A stretch of 48,047 bases of DNA from a virus. This document shows positions 7,000-15,931 of the stretch, piece by piece. The notes below the pieces were generated by a model that had not been told where the DNA came from, made no database searches, and was given only the letters and a program-made list of their open reading frames with translations. How positions within the stretch are numbered: position 1 is the first letter of the stretch; every line of letters starts with the position of its first letter. The translations under genes were made by a program, and so were the position numbers. Location: the UHGV virus genome UHGV-1377581; one strand, 5' to 3'.

Positions 7000-9032
7000 T
7001 ATTCGTCTCCAAAATCTTTGCGTGAAATAATATCTTCCTTCTTACCGTTAACGCGATGCGTTACGCGCTTCGGCGCTCGGAAGTAATGCGCATTCTCAAG
7101 GATTTTTCGCGCATTTTTCATCCCGCCCAACTTGCCGCGCATTACCGCGTCGTCAACGTGCTGGAAGACTGCCTTTTGCCGCCACAACTTGCCGCAAATC
7201 TTATTCTCTGATTCCGGGAAGAACTTTTCCCTTGCGGTGAATCGCTCGCCGTCATGGTTCAGTAGCACGTAATTGAAGATGATCCCGGACTGATTGCGAG
7301 TCAAGCCGATATCGAACCCGACAACATCATACCAGTCATTCTGCGTGTAGTGCTTCCCGGTGAGATTGTCGTTGGGATCTTTAAGCTGCACCCCGCAGCA
7401 TCTGCACTGGCGAGCAACAATATCGTTTTCAGCGTAACACCCCTTTACCTTAATCTTCCCTGTTCGCGGGTCTTTCTGGTCTTCGCAGCGCTGCGAGATC
7501 CAGAAGTATTCGCAACGATTGCCGTTGCTGTCTTTGTGGATGCATCGGCGGGCGTACTCGCTATTTTCTCCCTTGCATACCGGGCAAATTTTCGGGCCGT
7601 TCTTGCTGCTCTTGCGTCTTTGGTATTGTGCCTGCTCAAGAATCGGATCGAAATATAGCTGGCCCAAATCGTCCATAGTCCCGGCGAAGTCCCAAACTAA
7701 ATGGTCTTCCTTAACCCACGAGTAAGGCGGCTGTTTTTGCCAGTCTTTTAACAGTCGCATACCGCGCCCCAAAAGCTGAATAAGCAACGTAAGCGATCCG
7801 ATCTTGCGCAATATCACCGAAAAATCCCAAAACGGAACGTTAACGCCAGTGGTTAGGGCCATCACCTGGAAGATGTATTTAATCTCCCCGCGATTCGCCT
7901 TATCCAAAATTTCGCCGCGTTTCTTTGAGTTGGTCTTCTCGGTGATGATCGCGTATGTTGCGTCCGGCGGTAAGTAGCTTGCCGCTTCCTTGCAATGCCG
8001 CTGGCCAGCGCAAGTAATAAGAACGCCGTTTCGGGTTTTCGCACGCTCAACGACCTTTTGCATAATCAGCTTCGTCATTTCGCCGGATTCATGGATTTTC
8101 TTTTCCATCTTGCGCAAGTCTTCAGCGCTAAAATCCTGCGTACCGTCCTGACTGGAACCGTGGAACTCTGACAGGTCATACCCTAACCCATCCGCCTCGG
8201 TGTCACCGAAGATGGTGGGAACTACCGAACCGAACTCGACAAGATAGTTTGTGTTAATGTCGGTGATCTGCTCGCGCCAGAATCCCGGCTGCGTCTTGTC
8301 TTCCTGCAAGATGGGAACCACCCCGCGAAACTCCGACCCCGTATAACCGACGATGCGAAGTTCTCGCCCTGTCTTCTCAAGGCACCTCCGCATTAACTCA
8401 CAAATGACGATGGTGTACTGCGTGCGACCGCCGCCGAATTCTACGTCGTCGAATTTTTCGTCGTATGGGTGGTCGGCATCGACCAGTTCCCCGTTCACGC
8501 GATACGGCTTATCCTTCGGTCTGCTCATGTACTCGAACGATTCATTGTTGGCGATCGCTTCCGCCAGATCTTGCCAGTCAACCTGGTGGCATTCGTCAAT
8601 TGCCAGAACTGAAGGCACGTAGTCGCCAAGCATTTTAAACAGGCCATTAACCACCGTCCCTTCAGATCCGACGACGATCGGGAAGTATGCCGCCTTTGTG
8701 CCTAACCCGGCGCAATAAACGGAGTTGGGAACATCGAGGTTACTGATCTCCTCGGAATCCTGCTTCACGATCTCGGCCTGGCGAGCAAGAACCATCATGG
8801 GTAAGTTCATTGCCTTGCACTGCGCCGCGAGCATGGCGATCATGATGGTTTTCCCGGCGGAAACCGAAGCCTTAATGTAAAAAGGATGTTCATATTTTGC
8901 GATCCGCTTCGCGGTCTCAATATACGCAACCGCCTGATACGGGTAAGGAACGATATTTCCTACGGTGAACCGCTTTTGTATTAGCGGGATCTTGTCTGCG
9001 TAGGCTTCAATTTGTTGTTCAATTGTGAGCAT
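6999..9032 (-). CDS. SNF2/DEAD-like ATP-dependent DNA helicase
   Basis: Walker A (SAGKT), DExH (AIDECH), helicase C-terminal motifs and a Cys4 cluster. Start placed at MLTIEQ (SD AGGA), because the longer ORF to 9101 would run through its own promoter element. Confidence 0.75.
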   Translation of the reverse strand: MLTIEQQIEAYADKIPLIQKRFTVGNIVPYPYQAVAYIETAKRIAKYEHPFYIKASVSAGKTIMIAMLAAQCKAMNLPMMVLARQAEIVKQDSEEISNLDVPNSVYCAGLGTKAAYFPIVVGSEGTVVNGLFKMLGDYVPSVLAIDECHQVDWQDLAEAIANNESFEYMSRPKDKPYRVNGELVDADHPYDEKFDDVEFGGGRTQYTIVICELMRRCLEKTGRELRIVGYTGSEFRGVVPILQEDKTQPGFWREQITDINTNYLVEFGSVVPTIFGDTEADGLGYDLSEFHGSSQDGTQDFSAEDLRKMEKKIHESGEMTKLIMQKVVERAKTRNGVLITCAGQRHCKEAASYLPPDATYAIITEKTNSKKRGEILDKANRGEIKYIFQVMALTTGVNVPFWDFSVILRKIGSLTLLIQLLGRGMRLLKDWQKQPPYSWVKEDHLVWDFAGTMDDLGQLYFDPILEQAQYQRRKSSKNGPKICPVCKGENSEYARRCIHKDSNGNRCEYFWISQRCEDQKDPRTGKIKVKGCYAENDIVARQCRCCGVQLKDPNDNLTGKHYTQNDWYDVVGFDIGLTRNQSGIIFNYVLLNHDGERFTAREKFFPESENKICGKLWRQKAVFQHVDDAVMRGKLGGMKNARKILENAHYFRAPKRVTHRVNGKKEDIISRKDFGDE

Positions 9033-9112
9033 GGGCAATCCTAATTTGTCATTCGCATAGTTGCGTGTATAATACAGTGAACATTTTATCATGTTTAACA
9101 AAAAATGCTATG
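9033..9112 (-). promoter_or_regulatory. intergenic cassette E3 (TAGCATTTTTTGTTAAAC, hairpin AACAT/ATGTT, TATTAT) driving the helicase
   Basis: Same architecture. 21-bp spacer. Confidence 0.45.
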
Positions 9113-9123
9113 AGGGTTAAATT

Positions 9124-9525
9124 ATGGAACAAATGGCAAAGGTTGATAAGCGAACCTTGAACGGCAATAACGGAACATCGCGCGGGAAAGATAAGAAGAA
9201 ACGTAAGCGACCGACTGGTTACTACGTGCTGAAGGATGAGGTTCGCGCCGGGTTGACTGCGCGGATGGAGCTGGTTATTGATGCCTTCGGTGGCATCGCT
9301 GGAACGGCAAAAGAGTTGGGAGTTAGTATCCAGGTTGTTCAGCAGTGGCGTAAGCGCGGCATGATCTCAGCCGATGGCGCTTATCTCGTACATAAGAGCT
9401 ACCGCCGGAACAATTGCAAAGGTTTCCGCGCCTCATTCTGCCGACCAGATTTAAGATTTGACAGCAACGGCAAGCCAGTGACGCGCCGATGCGACCGCCG
9501 GGAAATGCTACGCGTAGTCCGATAG
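9124..9525 (+). CDS. Cro/YdaS-like HTH DNA-binding protein
   Basis: HTH segment TAKELGVSIQVVQQWRKRGMIS. Divergent from the helicase. Confidence 0.5.
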   Translation: MEQMAKVDKRTLNGNNGTSRGKDKKKRKRPTGYYVLKDEVRAGLTARMELVIDAFGGIAGTAKELGVSIQVVQQWRKRGMISADGAYLVHKSYRRNNCKGFRASFCRPDLRFDSNGKPVTRRCDRREMLRVVR

Positions 9526-9600
9526 CACAATTTGTCTAAACACTAAACGCCTGCCGGGTTATCATTCTCGTGTAGGCGTTTTTTATTTGGAGGTAACGAC
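9523..9600 (+). promoter_or_regulatory. cassette E4 overlapping a terminator (TAGCACAATTTGTCTA, 22-bp spacer, TATCAT inside hairpin AACGCCT...AGGCGTT plus T6)
   Basis: The stop TAG of the Cro-like gene is in the palindrome. Hairpin plus U-tract immediately before the primase RBS GGAGGT. Confidence 0.55.
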
Positions 9601-10560
9601 GTGGATTTTTACGATGAAAAAGAGGTTTTGCCGTACATGGCTGGTATGTGGCGCGAAGCGTTGCAGAACATTTGCGGCATCCACTCTCGATACTTCAACG
9701 GCAAGCACCAGGACTGCCCGAACTGCGGAGGCAAAGACCGATTCCGCTGGACTGACAAGTTAGAAACGCGCGGCGACGGCGGCGCATACTGTGGCGGCTG
9801 CGGTGCCGATAAGGGGATCGGATGGTTAATGAAGTTGAGCGGCGAGCCGTATAGCGAGTGCATCAACATTCTTGGGCGATACTTGGGCAAAGTTCCGCAA
9901 GAATACGTGGTCAAGAGAAACAAGCAGGTAGCTCGTGATAACGGGTATGACTACGGAAAGATGGCAGATCATGAAAGAGTGCTGGCAGTTTTAAACAGAA
10001 CGGAGGCCGTCGATAGCACGCCTGTAACGCTCTATGAGGGCATTGAAAATGAGCATATCAAATCATATCAGGTTGGCGTAAAAACTAACGAGAACGGCAG
10101 ACAGGAGCTAATTCACGCGCTACCGATGCAACTCGTGCATGAAGATGGGCTGGATGATGAGTATTGCAATATCCTGTTCATTGATGAAGAAGGTAGGGAG
10201 AAGATGCTAGCTGGAGATCTGACCTTCGGATCGGTGATAGTGACCAATCAGAGCGACGACGGTAACGGGCCGATTTACCTTGCTCGATCCTGGATTGAGG
10301 CGATGCACTTCAATATTGCCAGTTCGTTCAAGTGCGACGTTTGGGCCTGCATCATACCTTCAAACGTCGAGATCGTGGCGTACAGGTATAAAGGCAGGGG
10401 CGGAGAAGGTAAGCGAGAAATGCGGGTAGTTTGCCGTCGTGGAGATCGGGATATGCTGGCGGCTGCCGACGATAGGGATCTCAAGGTTATCGTTCCGAAC
10501 GGCGACAACTTCAAGCTCGGCTTTGAGCGTAAGTTATACAAGGCATCATCTCTTCTCTGA
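9601..10560 (+). CDS. DNA primase-like protein with N-terminal zinc-binding motif
   Basis: CPNCGG...CGGCG zinc ribbon. Position next to the helicase. GTG start with a strong SD. Confidence 0.5.
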   Translation: MDFYDEKEVLPYMAGMWREALQNICGIHSRYFNGKHQDCPNCGGKDRFRWTDKLETRGDGGAYCGGCGADKGIGWLMKLSGEPYSECINILGRYLGKVPQEYVVKRNKQVARDNGYDYGKMADHERVLAVLNRTEAVDSTPVTLYEGIENEHIKSYQVGVKTNENGRQELIHALPMQLVHEDGLDDEYCNILFIDEEGREKMLAGDLTFGSVIVTNQSDDGNGPIYLARSWIEAMHFNIASSFKCDVWACIIPSNVEIVAYRYKGRGGEGKREMRVVCRRGDRDMLAAADDRDLKVIVPNGDNFKLGFERKLYKASSLL

Positions 10561-10580
10561 TTAAATATTGACCAGAATTT

Positions 10581-10616
10581 AGGTAAGATTGAGAAAATCA
10601 GTCTTACCTTTTTTTA
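10581..10616 (+). terminator. rho-independent terminator after the primase (GGTAAGATTGA...TCAGTCTTACC plus T7)
   Basis: Hairpin plus T-tract. The stem is itself built from the GTAAGA motif. Confidence 0.55.
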
Positions 10617-10617
10617 T

Positions 10618-10980
10618 GCCTGAAATTCAGTGGCTTGCAACTGGTCGAACCACTTTAGGTAAGATTTAGTAAGATGAATCTTACGTAAATTTCGCGCAAA
10701 ATTTAACCAATTAACCGCAATATATAGATAGTAAGTATATGATAAATAACAATATTATTATTATCACTCTGTCTGTATCTATCAATCTTGGTAAGATTTC
10801 TCCGGGGTACGTGTCTTTTTTCGCTGGATTTCGCGCAAGATTTTTCATGGATATTTACCTATAGGGATCTTACTATCTTACCGATTTGCATTAACTCGAT
10901 GAAATATATAGGAAAAATCACGTAAGATGCATCTTACTAAATCTTACGTAAATTTCGCTCATTTTTTGACCAGTTGGCGA
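10618..10980. promoter_or_regulatory. regulatory region with perfect palindromes GTAAGATGAATCTTAC (about 10669) and GTAAGATGCATCTTAC (about 10922), a direct repeat ATCTTACGTAAATTTCGC, and an AT-rich module (10719-10808)
   Basis: Multiple operator-like inverted repeats. The AT-rich 90-bp module recurs inverted at 42331-42420. Confidence 0.55.
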
Positions 10981-11056
10981 ATAGCACTTTTTGCCTTGCA
11001 CCTGGAATCGTGATGCGTATACTTAACTCAACGAAACCACAAACGGAGTGATACCA
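10981..11056 (+). promoter_or_regulatory. cassette E5 (ATAGCACTTTTTGCCTTG, TATACT, leader CTCAACGAAACC) driving the recombination operon
   Basis: Box1/box2 match without an upstream gene. Confidence 0.5.
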
Positions 11057-12103
11057 ATGGCTGAAGCAATTTTTAAGGCATACACCAACGCGGAATTATC
11101 CAACGATGATTACCACGATCCTAACTCCTGGTGCGCCAGATACGTTAGCGGCTCAAGCCTCGGCGAGATTTACGCAACCTCCCCGGCCCACTGGAAATAC
11201 AAGGAGCGAGAAGAAACAGCCGCGCTTTCATTCGGCACTTGCTCCCATACCTGCATGCTTGAGACGTCCAAATTTAATGGCGAGTACCTGCGAGCGACCG
11301 CGCCGGGCGACGTTAAGGATCTGATTACTTCGAAGTCGGCATTGTCTGCGAAATTGAAAGCGTGTGGCCTGATTGGGACGTCCAACAAGGACTACCCCGA
11401 ATTGCTGGAAATGGCATACCGCGCCGGGATTGATGTTAACGTGTGGTGGGCGATCGAACTCTGCGACGAAAGCGCCGCCATCAACTCAGGCCGGAAGCTG
11501 GTCAAGGATTCTGATTTCGATGCGGTCGTGCAAATGCGAAACGTGATGCTGGCTAACCCACGGCACGCGGCGTGCATTGAATCGGATACAGCGCAACGCG
11601 AGTTGTCAATCTTCGGCGAAATTTTCGGCGTCCCGGTAAAGGTTCGGCTCGATCATGTTGACGTCGTGTCAGATCCCGAACTCATCAAAGAGTGGGGGTT
11701 TAACCCGGATGAAGTTTTCGAAGTGGTGGTGATTACCGACTACAAAACTACTCAGACCTCTAAACCGGATGACTTTGGGCGACTGGCGTTCAACCTGGGA
11801 TACTATCTCAAAATGGCATTGCAGCGCGATCTGTTCGTTAAGACGTACAACGAAAGACGCCCGGTGGTTGTCCGCCTGCTGACTCAGGAGAAAAAATCAC
11901 CGTTCGCGCCTCTCGCGTTCACGTTAACGGATCAGCAGATTGAGATCGGGCGGAAGCAGTATCAAAGCGTGATTCACCAGTACGCCGAATGCGTCAAGCA
12001 TGACGTTTGGCCGTCATACGAATCGAACGCAGCGGAAGTGAAGTTGCCCACGCCGCAATTCGTGAAATACATGTTCCCGGAAGTATACGGCACAAATAGC
12101 TAA
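11057..12103 (+). CDS. RecE/lambda-exo-like PD-(D/E)XK exonuclease
   Basis: D...ITDYKT nuclease core. First gene of the exo-ERF-SSB module. ATG with SD GGAGTG (the ORF track starts at GTG 11048). Confidence 0.55.
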   Translation: MAEAIFKAYTNAELSNDDYHDPNSWCARYVSGSSLGEIYATSPAHWKYKEREETAALSFGTCSHTCMLETSKFNGEYLRATAPGDVKDLITSKSALSAKLKACGLIGTSNKDYPELLEMAYRAGIDVNVWWAIELCDESAAINSGRKLVKDSDFDAVVQMRNVMLANPRHAACIESDTAQRELSIFGEIFGVPVKVRLDHVDVVSDPELIKEWGFNPDEVFEVVVITDYKTTQTSKPDDFGRLAFNLGYYLKMALQRDLFVKTYNERRPVVVRLLTQEKKSPFAPLAFTLTDQQIEIGRKQYQSVIHQYAECVKHDVWPSYESNAAEVKLPTPQFVKYMFPEVYGTNS

Positions 12104-12162
12104 ACACTACGGCGCACTTGTGATATAGTGCGCTCCACCAATCAGGAAAAGGAAAGTTTGTC

Positions 12163-12819
12163 ATGCGTACATCTGAAAGTTTCAAAGAGATCGCCGTTGC
12201 GTTAATCAAAGCGAAGTCTGGCTTCGTCGCCGCGAAGAAAAGCGGGAAGAATAGCCACCTGGGTAACACCTACGCCAATCTCGGCGATATCCTGGACGCC
12301 ATCGGGCCATCGCTGGAAAAGAACAAAATTATGGTTATTCAATCAATGATGGATACCAGCACAGACAAGGTTATGCACCTTGAAACGATGTTCCTGCACG
12401 AATCTGGCGAGTGGATGGCGTTTCAGTTCAACATGCCGATCAGCAAAACCGTTGAGCAAGCGTATGGATCGACCACCTCATACGCTCGCCGTTATGCGTT
12501 AGCCGCCGCGCTGGGCATCAAGCAGGCCGACGATGACGCAGAGATCGCGAAGATGAAGCCGCAAGACTTCAAAAAACGCATTGATGCGTGCGAAGACCTC
12601 GAATCTCTCCGCGAGATTTACAAGCTGGCTAAACAGACGTTGACGCCTGCGGAATGGAAGGTGACGGAAGACGATATCACGAAGCGCCAGGCGCAACTAA
12701 AAGTGACGCCAGCGAACGGATTTAACCCCGGCAAGCCACAAGATGTTGCGAAACGTGAGCCGGAACAGGTAGAATCAAAGCCTGAACCTGAATCACAAGA
12801 TATCTCATCTTTCAACTAA
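12163..12819 (+). CDS. ERF-family single-strand annealing protein
   Basis: ERF-like N-terminal domain, acidic C-terminal tail. Positioned between exonuclease and SSB. Confidence 0.55.
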   Translation: MRTSESFKEIAVALIKAKSGFVAAKKSGKNSHLGNTYANLGDILDAIGPSLEKNKIMVIQSMMDTSTDKVMHLETMFLHESGEWMAFQFNMPISKTVEQAYGSTTSYARRYALAAALGIKQADDDAEIAKMKPQDFKKRIDACEDLESLREIYKLAKQTLTPAEWKVTEDDITKRQAQLKVTPANGFNPGKPQDVAKREPEQVESKPEPESQDISSFN

Positions 12820-12855
12820 TTTAACCGGGCGGGAAACCGCCCCATAGGAAAAACA

Positions 12856-13320
12856 ATGCATGTTGTAACAGGGGTAATCCGAAAAGCGCCTTACGTAAAA
12901 GAGGGCAGCAACAATAACGGGCCGTGGAAGATGTATGCGGTAGACCTGTCGGAGCGAATGAAGATCCGCAATCGCGACGGCCAGGACGAAACTGTATACA
13001 CCAACTATCGCGCCGTCTTCTTCGCGAAGGAAAGCATGATTGCGTGGTACGATGAAGCGTTGCAGGTCGACAAGGTTATTAGCGTAACCTGCCGGACACT
13101 TCAGATCGTAAACCGCGAGCACAACGGCGCAACTTACAGCCACAATGAAATGATTATGCCGCAACTGGAATTCAGCCAGCGCGAACCAGCGCAGGGCGGC
13201 GGTAATCAGCAGGGTGGGTGGGGCCAGCCTCAGCAACCTAAGCCGCAACAACAACAACCGAAGCCGCAAAGCGGTGGTGGTAATCATGGCATGGATTTCG
13301 ATGATGATATCCCGTTCTGA
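12856..13320 (+). CDS. ssb: single-stranded DNA-binding protein
   Basis: OB-fold, Gly/Gln/Pro-rich linker and the canonical acidic tail DFDDDIPF. Confidence 0.85.
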   Translation: MHVVTGVIRKAPYVKEGSNNNGPWKMYAVDLSERMKIRNRDGQDETVYTNYRAVFFAKESMIAWYDEALQVDKVISVTCRTLQIVNREHNGATYSHNEMIMPQLEFSQREPAQGGGNQQGGWGQPQQPKPQQQQPKPQSGGGNHGMDFDDDIPF

Positions 13321-13414
13321 TTTGACAACTAAAGGGGCCGCAAGGCTCCTTTTTTTATTGCTTCATTGATGATATTATCTCTTCGTTACTCAACCAACCA
13401 AAAGAGGTATTAAA

Positions 13415-15706
13415 ATGGCACTATACAGACAAGGCAAAGCCGCGATGGACGCAAACGGCATCGTCACCGGGACTGGAACTAACTGGCAATCAGCGCTAAC
13501 GCTAATTCGCCCAGGCGCTACGATCCTGTTTTTATCGTCCCCGATTCAAATGGCGGTAGTTAACAAGGTTGTAAGTGATACGCAAATCAATGCTATCTCC
13601 ACAAACGGCGCGGCTGTTCCGTCCAGTGATTACGCGATCCTGTTAAGCGACTCCCTGACCGTTGACGGCCTGGCGCAGGATGTTGCGGAAACTCTGCGTT
13701 ACTACCAATCGCAGGAGACCGTCATTGCTGAGGCGGTAGATTTCTTTAAGGACTTTGATTTATCCACTTTGCAAGAATTGGTAGAACAGGCAAAAGAGGA
13801 AGCTGCAGCAAGCCAGCAGTCAGCATCAGCAAGCCAGCAGTCAGCATCAGCAAGTCAGCAGGCATCGGCAGCAAGTCAGCAGGCAGCGGCAGCAAGTCAG
13901 CAGGCAGCGGCAGCAAGTCAGCAGGCAGCAGATGACGCTGAAGCAACTCGCGATGAAATTCAGCAGATCATTGATGATTCCGGCGAACAGTCAACGCTGG
14001 TTGTATTGGCTCAGCCAAATGGTGCTAAAAACATAGGGCGCTGTAGTGACATTGCGACCCTACGGACAATAGAGCCGACATTACCAAACCAAAAGATAGA
14101 AGTCATAAAATATGCCTCAGGCTACAAGCCAATAACTGGCTATTTTGAGTATGATCAAACTGACAGTACATCCGTTGATGACGGAGGTATCTGCATTGTC
14201 ACTGCTGGTGGAAAGCGCTGGAAGCGGATTTTTGATGGTGCAGTAAACGTTGCATGGTTCGGTATTCCATCGGATGGCGATATAACCAACGCTATCAATA
14301 AGGCGATTTCATATGCCAAACCAAAACGTTTGGGTTTAGTTATCTCTGCTGGACAGTATAAATACACTGGTTCGGAAATGCTGGAAATTGACTTGGGATT
14401 TATATCCTTAGTCTGCCATGTAGGTTGCGCGTCAATAGATTTTTCTGGTGTAACCTCCACTTACGCCATTAACGTCTATTCATCAGCAACATATCCAGCC
14501 CCACTGTACCGCAACACAGTCAACAAGCTGTCCGGGATTGAATGCTTTGGTGCTAAAGTTGCTGGTAAAAATGGATTACTTATCGGCAGGCCCGGTGGCG
14601 CGCAATATTATAATGGACAGTGCTGCATAGAACATTGCTCATTCCATGACTTCGATTATGTAGTTTCTTGCGCAAACAGCACCTGGAGGTACAAGTTCAA
14701 TGAGTGCGTTATTACTAAGGGAATAACTTCGATATTCTATGCTCCGGCTGGTCTTTTAGATTCAGGCGAGAGCATAACGTTTAATGGTGGGATGGTTGCA
14801 GACGCAAGCGGCGCACCGATCATAATTGCATGTGACGCTTTCAATCTTGGCCTTGACGGCACATCAACTCTTAATACAAGAGTTCAGATCACCGGAAATG
14901 GGGCTACAGTATCAATGTCTGGAATGGGTAACATAGAAAACCCTGGGCAGTCGGTGTGGTATCCTTACGTTACCTGTACTGGCACTGGTGCAAGATTTAT
15001 TCTTTCTGAAAGCACACTGACCATTAATCAGCCATTAGCACAAACACAGCCTATAATTTATGTCGGAATAAACGCATTCATAATATTTAATGTGGTTAAA
15101 TTTCCTGGTAATTCATACAAATTCGAACAGAACTCATCGGATATGGTTCGGGCATTTGTTGAGGGGCCTGGATCTGTAATGTGCAATGCTTGTACTAGCG
15201 ACATAGCATCAGGAGCCGGAAATATTCCTGTACACCGATCTTTGTCACCTGTTTATAATTCAGGTTTTGAGCAGGGTAATAATACCGGATGGTCAATTAA
15301 TAACGCTGGTTCTGCATCACAAACTGCCGTTGTGTCTGCGGAGTATGCGAAGGCTGGGTCATACGGCATGAGGATGACTTCAATCGCCGGGTTGAGCATT
15401 TTTGCAACTCAGCAGTTTAACGTAAAACCAGGACAGTATTATATGACCTCTTTTTGGGCAAGGGTTGTAAACATCGGCGCAAATGGGAATGCGGCTGGAA
15501 ATATAAACCTCTCATTCTACAGCCAAAACGGAACACATATTGCTGGCCCTACAGCTAACCTTCCGGTTAACGTTGCAGATTGGGCTGTTTATGGGAGCTT
15601 TATAAGAGGTATCGTTCCTCCTGGAGCGGCAACGGCAGTTATTTCTATGCGCGCGTATGATGGCGCAGTTGTCGATTTCGATGGCGTTCTAATAAACTTT
15701 ATCTAA
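13415..15706 (+). CDS. tail fibre with internal ASQQ heptad repeats, beta-helix-like central region and C-terminal carbohydrate-binding-like domain
   Basis: 763 aa, convergent to J. 21-bp tandem repeats, Cys/His-rich pectate-lyase-like stretch, C-terminal lectin-like domain. Confidence 0.75.
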   Translation: MALYRQGKAAMDANGIVTGTGTNWQSALTLIRPGATILFLSSPIQMAVVNKVVSDTQINAISTNGAAVPSSDYAILLSDSLTVDGLAQDVAETLRYYQSQETVIAEAVDFFKDFDLSTLQELVEQAKEEAAASQQSASASQQSASASQQASAASQQAAAASQQAAAASQQAADDAEATRDEIQQIIDDSGEQSTLVVLAQPNGAKNIGRCSDIATLRTIEPTLPNQKIEVIKYASGYKPITGYFEYDQTDSTSVDDGGICIVTAGGKRWKRIFDGAVNVAWFGIPSDGDITNAINKAISYAKPKRLGLVISAGQYKYTGSEMLEIDLGFISLVCHVGCASIDFSGVTSTYAINVYSSATYPAPLYRNTVNKLSGIECFGAKVAGKNGLLIGRPGGAQYYNGQCCIEHCSFHDFDYVVSCANSTWRYKFNECVITKGITSIFYAPAGLLDSGESITFNGGMVADASGAPIIIACDAFNLGLDGTSTLNTRVQITGNGATVSMSGMGNIENPGQSVWYPYVTCTGTGARFILSESTLTINQPLAQTQPIIYVGINAFIIFNVVKFPGNSYKFEQNSSDMVRAFVEGPGSVMCNACTSDIASGAGNIPVHRSLSPVYNSGFEQGNNTGWSINNAGSASQTAVVSAEYAKAGSYGMRMTSIAGLSIFATQQFNVKPGQYYMTSFWARVVNIGANGNAAGNINLSFYSQNGTHIAGPTANLPVNVADWAVYGSFIRGIVPPGAATAVISMRAYDGAVVDFDGVLINFI
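13801..13930 (+). repeat. six tandem 21-bp repeats (GCAAGCCAGCAGTCAGCATCA / GCAAGTCAGCAGGCAGCGGCA) inside the tail fibre gene
   Basis: Direct reading. Encodes ASQQSAS/ASQQAAA heptads. Confidence 0.8.
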
Positions 15707-15852
15707 TCATTGGGATCAAATAATGCAATACGCAAAAATTCATACCAACTACGGCCTGCAACGGTTGGCGCAGTCCAAAACAATAGTAGTTACCGAAAAC
15801 AAAATCGACATTGTTGCGATATGACATATCAAGAATATCAAGACAACAAAAG

Positions 15853-15882
15853 AAAAAAGGGGGCCATTCGGCCCCTTTTTTA
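15853..15882. terminator. bidirectional terminator (GGGGGCCATTCGGCCCC flanked by A6/T6)
   Basis: Between the convergent tail fibre and J genes. Confidence 0.65.
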
Positions 15883-15899
15883 CATCTATTATTAATATT

Positions 15900-15928
15900 A
15901 AAAGAAAGCGCCCAACCGGGCGCTTTTG
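15900..15928. terminator. second hairpin terminator (AGCGCCCAACCGGGCGCT plus TTTT)
   Basis: GC stem plus T-tract. Confidence 0.5.
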
Positions 15929-15931
15929 TCA

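Noticed and set aside
6999-9101. Longer helicase start (9101), and similarly longer starts for TerS (36000) and genes 38843, 41125, 41549
   Set aside because: The extensions read through the conserved palindrome/hairpin/-10 cassette and lack an SD. Internal ATGs with good SDs were preferred.
13801-13930. Tandem 21-bp repeats that could be mistaken for a CRISPR or VNTR locus
   Set aside because: The repeats are contiguous with no spacers, in frame, and lie inside the tail fibre ORF. They encode heptad repeats.
13415-15706. Possible diversity-generating retroelement target in the tail fibre C-terminus
   Set aside because: No reverse transcriptase gene and no template repeat anywhere in the window.
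15710-15895. 61-aa ORF in the convergent terminator region
   Set aside because: It spans two terminator hairpins, has no RBS, and is low complexity.
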